DNA of 64,000 nucleotides from Deltaproteobacteria bacterium. Its GTDB lineage: Bacteria; Myxococcota_A; Polyangia; Fen-1088. Shown piece by piece: positions 57,776 to 64,000 of this stretch (the first letter of the stretch is position 1; every line of letters starts with the position of its first letter). The translations under genes were made by a program, and so were the position numbers. The notes under the pieces were generated by a model, which saw only the letters and a list, made by a program, of their open reading frames with translations, did not search any database and was not told the DNA's origin. The stretch is taken from contig JANRKS010000032.1 of assembly GCA_033763315.1 (NCBI GenBank), positions 416,001 through 480,000 of the forward strand, given 5' to 3'.

Positions 57776-60193
57776 TCATTTGCGTGCGGGCAGGACCAAG
57801 TGCGTGGTGGCGCCGGCCCGCAGCGGCCACGACCGCCCCGCCCACACAAATTCACCCGGAACGTTGGGGGGCAGTGCCACGTCGGTTGACCAGCCGTTGG
57901 CGTTCTTGCGAAGGCCAACGCTGATTGTGCCAGCCGGGTGAGGCATGGCCGCGGTCAAGCTTTCGAGCGCACCGGGGTTCGGCGCGACGCGCACCTTTGC
58001 GAACCCGGGCGCGGCCGGGCCGATCCCAGCCGCGATGTTGAGCAGATCGAGCGCTGGATGTGCTGTCCATGCGTGCGAATCGGAACGCGTGGGATCACTG
58101 AATTCAGGGAATGTGGTTAGGCCCAAACCCAACATCTGGCGCCACGGATCAAGCAAGGCCAAGAACGCGTCGCCCTTGCCCACGTGGTTAAGCGCACGGT
58201 GCAGGTAGTAGCGAAAATATATGCTGGCGGGGGCCACCTCACCGGGGGTGGCGCGGCGGCCAGGTGCTTGTTGTCCCAACGCCAAAACTTCTCGCTGCAG
58301 GCGTTCGCGCTTGGTGCCGCTCAAAACGTCTTGGTCCAGCGCCAAGATGTTCACGTCGTGGCTAAAAGTCTTCGCTTCGGGGTTGTCTTTGAGGAGGCCG
58401 CGTTGTGGATCCCACAACCTTTGCAGCGCTTGTGCGGTTCGCGCGGCGGCCGCCCTATACACCCCCGCACGGTGCGCATCGCCGAGCGCGGCTTCAAGTT
58501 GCGCAGCCTCCCGCAACGCCATGAGTAGTTGACCCGCCGCCGCGGCCGAGCCGCCTTCTTCCGTTTGCCGCGCGCCACCCGCGGCAGGATCGATGTGCGC
58601 CCACCAAGGAAGGTACGCAGGCAAACCATCCGGGCGCACACGTGCCAAGAACCAATCGATCACTGTGCGTGTGCCCGGCAGCAACGCACGCACAAACTCG
58701 GCATCGCCTCGGTACATCCAAAAGTCATGCACCATGCCCACCCAAAACAAAGAATATGGTGGAATGTATTGCTGGTCCCGCGTTGGATAGCGGCTCATCG
58801 TCAGTCCATCTGAGGTGCGTGATTGATCGAACGCCAACAGCGCCTGCCGCGCCAAGCGATCCTCATTGGCCAATGCGTAAGACAACAACGCCGTGATGCG
58901 CGTGTCGCCGATGTATTGCAGCTGCTCCCAGTATGGTGAATCCATATACGTTTCCCACGCGGAGATGCGCAGCGTGCGAAATGCCATGGCCCACAGCTCC
59001 TGCAGTTGCGGATCGCTGCTTTCAAAGGTGGCCAGCGGCTTGAGCGGAAACAGCGTGGCGCGTGCCGCAAGATTTGTGATCGCCAGCGGCGCTTCCCGCG
59101 TCTCGATCTGCACTTCCAGGTAGCGCCACGATCGCCACCACAACGGTTGATACGTGTGCGTGCGGCCATCGGAGACGAACTCGTCATACAGGCCGATCAT
59201 GTCTTTGCCTTCGATCTCGTTGCGGTTGCCTTTGCGGCCCTGCTTATCGAACAGTGACTCGGCGTATGTGAGGCGCACCACGGCGTCTTTGCCGCCGGCC
59301 AATGTGATCGAGGGGTATGCGTTGATGATCTCCTTGCGATCCAACAAAACCACCGCGCGGCTGCGTGCGGGAACTTGCAAACTGCCCCCTTCGGGAAAAG
59401 GTGCAGCCACGGTTGCGGGGCCGCTTGAGCGTACGATGGAACCAACGCCCACCATCGTTTCTTCCATCGCGGGCAGAGCGTCAGCGACGAGTTCCCAGCC
59501 CGGTGGCGAAAGCTGATGGGGCGAGCCGTCGCGCATGCCGCGCGGCGTGGCGCGTTCGATCGACGCAGCGGCGGGCCACGCTGTGCCCTCGTTCGTGTCC
59601 CACTGCCAATCCCACACATTGCCATCGCGGCGTTCGGGTGTGCCCGCGGCGTAAAAATAATGATGCGCGCGAATGGGCCCCAAGCCAGCAAGGTTGACGG
59701 TGTGGCCGGGTTCCACTTTGGCTTCCCACGTTTTGTCGGTGTTGCACACCGTGGCCACGTCATCTTGCGCTTGCATGAGGAAGCCGGTGCGGCGGCTGAT
59801 CTGAGCGTAAGGCGCGTCCACGCCGAAGTTCCACACCGTGGCCGCCACCACATTGACGCCCGGCTGCAACGCGGGCGATAAGTCGAACGTTTCATAGCGC
59901 CAATGCTCGATGTCACCGCGCGCGGGACCGCGGCCAATGACCTTGCCGTTGACGTGCAACACGAAGCGGTTGTCGGCGCTGACGTGAACAACAAAGCGCT
60001 CGGGCACCTTTGCCAACGTAAAGCGCTTGCGCGCATGAATGACTACGGGATCACGAACGGCCGCACCCTTGGCGGTGATCCACGAAGCGGTCCAGGTGGA
60101 ACGCAACAGCGGATCGGTGGGCACGTGCGGTGTTGCGTGCGCCTCGCCGGTCGCGGCCACGGCGAGCACAACCAAAACGGTAAAGAGCTTCAT
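57776..60193 (-). CDS. Secreted alpha-L-rhamnosidase (GH78)
   Basis: Signal peptide; HVSADNRF, YMDSPYWEQLQYIGDTR, GLTTFPE, RSDSHAWTAHP. Confidence 0.9.
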   Translation of the reverse strand: MKLFTVLVVLAVAATGEAHATPHVPTDPLLRSTWTASWITAKGAAVRDPVVIHARKRFTLAKVPERFVVHVSADNRFVLHVNGKVIGRGPARGDIEHWRYETFDLSPALQPGVNVVAATVWNFGVDAPYAQISRRTGFLMQAQDDVATVCNTDKTWEAKVEPGHTVNLAGLGPIRAHHYFYAAGTPERRDGNVWDWQWDTNEGTAWPAAASIERATPRGMRDGSPHQLSPPGWELVADALPAMEETMVGVGSIVRSSGPATVAAPFPEGGSLQVPARSRAVVLLDRKEIINAYPSITLAGGKDAVVRLTYAESLFDKQGRKGNRNEIEGKDMIGLYDEFVSDGRTHTYQPLWWRSWRYLEVQIETREAPLAITNLAARATLFPLKPLATFESSDPQLQELWAMAFRTLRISAWETYMDSPYWEQLQYIGDTRITALLSYALANEDRLARQALLAFDQSRTSDGLTMSRYPTRDQQYIPPYSLFWVGMVHDFWMYRGDAEFVRALLPGTRTVIDWFLARVRPDGLPAYLPWWAHIDPAAGGARQTEEGGSAAAAGQLLMALREAAQLEAALGDAHRAGVYRAAAARTAQALQRLWDPQRGLLKDNPEAKTFSHDVNILALDQDVLSGTKRERLQREVLALGQQAPGRRATPGEVAPASIYFRYYLHRALNHVGKGDAFLALLDPWRQMLGLGLTTFPEFSDPTRSDSHAWTAHPALDLLNIAAGIGPAAPGFAKVRVAPNPGALESLTAAMPHPAGTISVGLRKNANGWSTDVALPPNVPGEFVWAGRSWPLRAGATTHLVLPARK

Positions 60194-60248
60194 CGCCGAC
60201 CACACTAGCGCGCCATGCGCTTGCGAAGGAAGCTGGACGTGGGCCCGT

Positions 60249-62000
60249 TCACGTCGAACGCGACAAAAAGCCCGGCAGCTGCGCCATCACCTGCGCCAGG
60301 GGGTGAGCCCACTGGCCCATCTGCTTCTGCCGAAACAGACGCATGCTGGGGTACCAAGGCGAGCGGGGGACGGTGGCTTCCCACCGCCAATCCGGCACCG
60401 CCGAAAGCATCATCCACGTGGGCCGTCCAAGAGCGGCCGCCAAATGAGGCAGTGAGGTGTCGCTCGAAATCAATAGATCCATGTGCTCCAACACCGCGGC
60501 GGTGTCGATGAAACTGTCGGTGCCGTTGTCGAGCTGTTCGGCCAGATTGATCACGGGGGCCGGCGCGTTGGCCGCGTGCCACTCGGCCAGCTGCTCGCTG
60601 CCGAAACCTTTTTGCAGCGAGTACAAAGCGATGGGTGCGCCTTGCCGCTTTGCCTCGAACAGAGGCTCGAACGTCGACAGCGGCATCGAACGCCGCGTGT
60701 CCTGGCGGTATTGCGGGTTGCCCTGCCACGCGATCGCGATGCGTGTGCGTCCATCGCGCGGGCCCAGCGCTTGGCTCCACCGCTGCAAGGCTTGGGGGGC
60801 CGCGTGCAAATAGCGGGTGGGCGCGCTGATGCGGTTGGGCTCGGGGCCGCACAAGTGGGGCAACGAGAACAGTGGCGCAAACAATTCCGCGCGCGGCATC
60901 GGCTCGCCTGGTCGCAGCACATGATCCACGCCGGCTGCCGTTTGCGCCAAGCTGGTTAACCAGGGGCGACCCGCCGGCAACCCAAGCGGGGGCGCCAAGG
61001 TGATGCGACCGACGCGCGGGCGCGCCAACGCCGCAAAACGAATGAGCTGAATGGTGTCGCCGAGGCCTTGCTCAGCCACAAGGATCAAGTGGGAGGCCGG
61101 AGCCGCCTGGCCTTGCCACAGCGACGGAGCCGGCCACTGCGCGGGAGGCACAGTCGCCCATTGCCGCACGCGATCTGCGTGCAGGCCCGCCAGGCCTTCG
61201 CGCCAACGTCCACGAAAGCAACGCAGCTGCGCCAAGTTGAAGGCCGCCACCGCGTGCTCAGGCGCTTCGGCGCACGCGATCTCCAGCTGACGTTCGGCTT
61301 TCTCGGCGCTGCCTGATTCACGCATCGCCGAGGCAAGGCTGACCCGCGCGTCCACGCATCCGGGCCACAACCGCAACGCGTGCGACGCGGCCTCCGCGGC
61401 TTCTGCAAAGCGGCCAATGCGCACGAGGGCGCGCGCGGCCAGATCAAAGAAGTGCGCTTGCTGTGGATGAGCGGCAGCCAAGTGCAAAAACGTGAGCGCC
61501 GCTTCATCCCACGCTTCCATGGTGGCGAGCGTGAGGAACAAGTTGTGCGCGTGGCCTGGCACCGTGGGCTCTAGATTCACGGCGGCTTCATGCAACACGC
61601 GCGCTTCAGCGAAGCGTGCCGCTCGTCGTTCGTCGGCCGTGGCCTGGCCGCGTTGACGCAAAAGATTGCCAAGCGCAGCGTATGCCAACACAAACGATGG
61701 TGCGTCTGTCAGCACGCCACGCAACTCGGATTCAGCCTCATCAAGCTTGCCTTGGCTGCGTAGTGACAACGCCAAGTTCTGCCGCGCTTGCAACAAGGTG
61801 GGTTCAGCCTGCAGCGCGCAGCGGAACGCCTCCACCGCCGTGCTGTGGTCCGCCCTTTGTTGTAGGCAAACGCCCAAGAGAAAATGCGCGGCCGCTTGGT
61901 TTGGAAATTGCGCCACGGCAACGCGCGCTTCCGCCTCCGCGTCTTTCCAACGCCGCTCTGCGAGCGCTGATTCAATGCTGCTTTGCCACGCGGGGACCAT
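60249..62000 (-). CDS. TPR-repeat glycosyltransferase (GT9/GT-B-like C-terminal domain)
   Basis: N-terminal TPRs; AEQGLGDTIQLIRF, AWQGNP, SLQKG, FIDTAA..MDLLISSDTSLPHLAAALG, DWRW, SPWYPSMRLFRQ. Confidence 0.9.
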   Translation of the reverse strand: MVPAWQSSIESALAERRWKDAEAEARVAVAQFPNQAAAHFLLGVCLQQRADHSTAVEAFRCALQAEPTLLQARQNLALSLRSQGKLDEAESELRGVLTDAPSFVLAYAALGNLLRQRGQATADERRAARFAEARVLHEAAVNLEPTVPGHAHNLFLTLATMEAWDEAALTFLHLAAAHPQQAHFFDLAARALVRIGRFAEAAEAASHALRLWPGCVDARVSLASAMRESGSAEKAERQLEIACAEAPEHAVAAFNLAQLRCFRGRWREGLAGLHADRVRQWATVPPAQWPAPSLWQGQAAPASHLILVAEQGLGDTIQLIRFAALARPRVGRITLAPPLGLPAGRPWLTSLAQTAAGVDHVLRPGEPMPRAELFAPLFSLPHLCGPEPNRISAPTRYLHAAPQALQRWSQALGPRDGRTRIAIAWQGNPQYRQDTRRSMPLSTFEPLFEAKRQGAPIALYSLQKGFGSEQLAEWHAANAPAPVINLAEQLDNGTDSFIDTAAVLEHMDLLISSDTSLPHLAAALGRPTWMMLSAVPDWRWEATVPRSPWYPSMRLFRQKQMGQWAHPLAQVMAQLPGFLSRST

Positions 62001-62018
62001 TGATGAAGCGCTGGCGAA

Positions 62019-62477
62019 CTAACGGCTGGTGAGGGTTGACGTGCAGACCTTCGCACAATTAAGTGGCTGGGTTTCGCTTGAACGCAAATCTATGCATGCG
62101 AGGCGTTGCAGCCCATCTAGACACGAAGACGCTTTGCTCTCTTGAAAGGTTTCATTGGTGCCGCAGGCGAAGGGTTTTTGTGCACAGCCGGCTTTGAGGT
62201 TGGCGGTGCAGGTTGCTTCACTGGTGCCGATGTCGATGCCGCTTGCCAGCAGCGTGGGGCGTTGCGCTTCGCGCGCGGCGGCCTCAGTGCAAACCCAAAA
62301 GACTTTGCAATCAATGGCTGCCAAGCCTTCGCAGTAGGCCACAGCTGAAATGGGTTCCGGCACCGACGTGTCCACGCAGCCGGAACCAAAGCCAACTGTG
62401 GCGGTCAATGCAATGGTGGGCACGAGGACGCGCTGAATGCGGCGAAGAGCGAAGACATGGCGAGCGGTGAGGCGCAT
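62019..62477 (-). CDS. Small Cys-rich lipoprotein
   Basis: Lipobox GSGC, about 10 Cys; ATG 62477 with TACACT 8 nt upstream. Confidence 0.7.
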   Translation of the reverse strand: MRLTARHVFALRRIQRVLVPTIALTATVGFGSGCVDTSVPEPISAVAYCEGLAAIDCKVFWVCTEAAAREAQRPTLLASGIDIGTSEATCTANLKAGCAQKPFACGTNETFQESKASSCLDGLQRLACIDLRSSETQPLNCAKVCTSTLTSR

Positions 62478-62587
62478 AGGAGCCAAGTGTAACCTGCAAA
62501 AGCCCACAATGTGCGCCACGGCAACGGGTGCGCGAGGGTGTGAGGAATTTATCGCGATCCGCCGATGGGGATATGCTGACGAGGGGG

Positions 62588-63979
62588 ATGGGCTATGGCA
62601 GTACATCGCAGGAGCGGCAGACCTTGACCGGCGGCGGAGGTTTGCGCGTGTTTCGGGTGCAGACAGACTATGCAGAACCCACACAATTGGCCGAGAAACT
62701 CGCACCTTTTTGCGGCGACGACTCGGTGGTTTTGCCCGGCGCGCGCGGTCTGTCTGTGGGGACGGTGACACGTTTTTCGGTTGCGCTGTCGTCTGGGATC
62801 GCGGTGCTTTCGGGCCGCGGCCAGGTGCTCACCGTCAAAGGCGGCACAGACGATGGTGATGGCTCGCACGTGCGCGTGAAGGTGCTGGAGATCGACGACG
62901 AAAGCCTTTCATTTTGGGCCTCTTTGCTTTCACGTCGGCGGTCCGCCAGCCGGCTGCCGGCGCCGCCGCCCACCCCGGGCGCTGTGGGACGTCCACCGGC
63001 CCTGCCCGCGATGGAGCCCGCCGCCCACGCCTTGGCCGGCGTGGCGAAGCACACGTTCTTCGGCGAAGAAGCGCGCGTCTCGCAAGACAACGAGGCAACC
63101 GTTGTCGCCGCGGCTGGCGTTTCGGGGCCAGCGATCGACGAGGCTTCGGGTGGCATCGTGCCTCACTTGGCTGCGCCCGCTCGCATGGCTGGCGGCGTGG
63201 GGCGCGTCACCGGCAAAACACTCGGCTACACCCCTGGCCACACAGGCAAGGTGATGGTGGCGCGCAAATCGAACGTTCCGCCTTGGGCGGCGCCCCTTGT
63301 CACGCGCTTCGCCGCTGTGGCGAAGGCCATCTGGCAGCGGGTTCCGGAGGACGCCCAGCCCGCCGTGGCTCGCTTTGGGCCTTGGGGGGCGTTTTGGATC
63401 TTGGGCCTGTTGTGCGGCTTTTGGTGGGCGCCCAAGCCCACGCCCGTCAAGGATGTCGCCTTGGCCAGCGTGGCGGCTCCCGTGGCCCCGGCCGCGCCCG
63501 TACACGCTGCGCCCGTTCCATCGCGACCCATCTACGACCATTGCAGCGTCAACTTCACCACCACGCCCCCGGGGGCCCTGGTGCAATGGGGTGACCTTTC
63601 GCTTGGGCAAACGCCACTTCTGGGCGTGACTGTGCCGTGCGGTCGCACGCTGGTGTCATTTCGCCTGGCTGGCTTTGAACCGTTGGTGGCCACCATGACC
63701 GCCACGCTTGATGGCCCCGTGGTGTTCACGCAAACCCTAAAGCGCAACGAGGCCACGCTGTACCTCGTTAGCGCGCCCGCTGGGGCCGAGGTGCGTCTTG
63801 ACGGCAAACCGGCGGGCAGCACGCCGCTGTCGTTTGCCGTGCCGCAAGGCCAACCGTTTGAGCTTGAACTTGAGAAACCTGGCTACGTGCCGTTGAAGAA
63901 GACGATGCGCGTGACGGGACAAAAAGCGTTGCAATTAAAGTTGCAGCCGGCAAAAGCAAAACGAGCACACCCGCGTTAA
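62588..63979 (+). CDS. Membrane protein: degenerate myxobacterial PilZ-like N-domain, TM, two PEGA domains
   Basis: VGTVTRFSVAL..G..VLSGRGQV; TM; TTPPGALV..GQTPL and SAPAGAEVRLDG..GSTPL..KPGY. Start uncertain (62528-62588). Confidence 0.8.
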   Translation: MGYGSTSQERQTLTGGGGLRVFRVQTDYAEPTQLAEKLAPFCGDDSVVLPGARGLSVGTVTRFSVALSSGIAVLSGRGQVLTVKGGTDDGDGSHVRVKVLEIDDESLSFWASLLSRRRSASRLPAPPPTPGAVGRPPALPAMEPAAHALAGVAKHTFFGEEARVSQDNEATVVAAAGVSGPAIDEASGGIVPHLAAPARMAGGVGRVTGKTLGYTPGHTGKVMVARKSNVPPWAAPLVTRFAAVAKAIWQRVPEDAQPAVARFGPWGAFWILGLLCGFWWAPKPTPVKDVALASVAAPVAPAAPVHAAPVPSRPIYDHCSVNFTTTPPGALVQWGDLSLGQTPLLGVTVPCGRTLVSFRLAGFEPLVATMTATLDGPVVFTQTLKRNEATLYLVSAPAGAEVRLDGKPAGSTPLSFAVPQGQPFELELEKPGYVPLKKTMRVTGQKALQLKLQPAKAKRAHPR

Positions 63980-64000
63980 GCACGATCAATGTTTCGCCGA

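Noticed and set aside
1-64000. Mobile elements, prophage, tRNA or rRNA genes
   Set aside because: No transposase, integrase or phage motifs, terminal repeats or cloverleaf signatures seen by eye; a covariance-model scan would be needed to exclude small RNAs.

Overview
64 kb of high-GC bacterial chromosome, very probably a myxobacterium (Myxococcota), judged from the Glt gliding-type genes, PEGA/TPR proteins, a DUF1592 protein, a Hanks kinase and Cys-rich lipoproteins. About 50 CDS. I saw no tRNA/rRNA, CRISPR array, transposase or integrase. The centrepiece is a ~24 kb Agl-Glt/Nfs-type trans-envelope locus: a divergent cglC/gltK-like gene, then gltC-gltD-gltE-gltF-gltG, a TPR lipoprotein and a 3475-aa gltI/agmK-like gene followed 3 nt later by an atypical RNase Y paralog. 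It lies next to the rpsP-khpA-rimM-trmD-rplS operon. Other notable items: a predicted exported Fam20C/Four-jointed-like kinase, a tetraheme cytochrome fused to a degenerate 5'-nucleotidase fold, a kinase-PEGA-lipoprotein-phospholipase C cassette, a TPR-glycosyltransferase/rhamnosidase/DUF6165 run, and a recurrent leaderless-mRNA signature (-10 box 6-11 nt before start codons). All family assignments come from motif recognition by eye; no database search was run.
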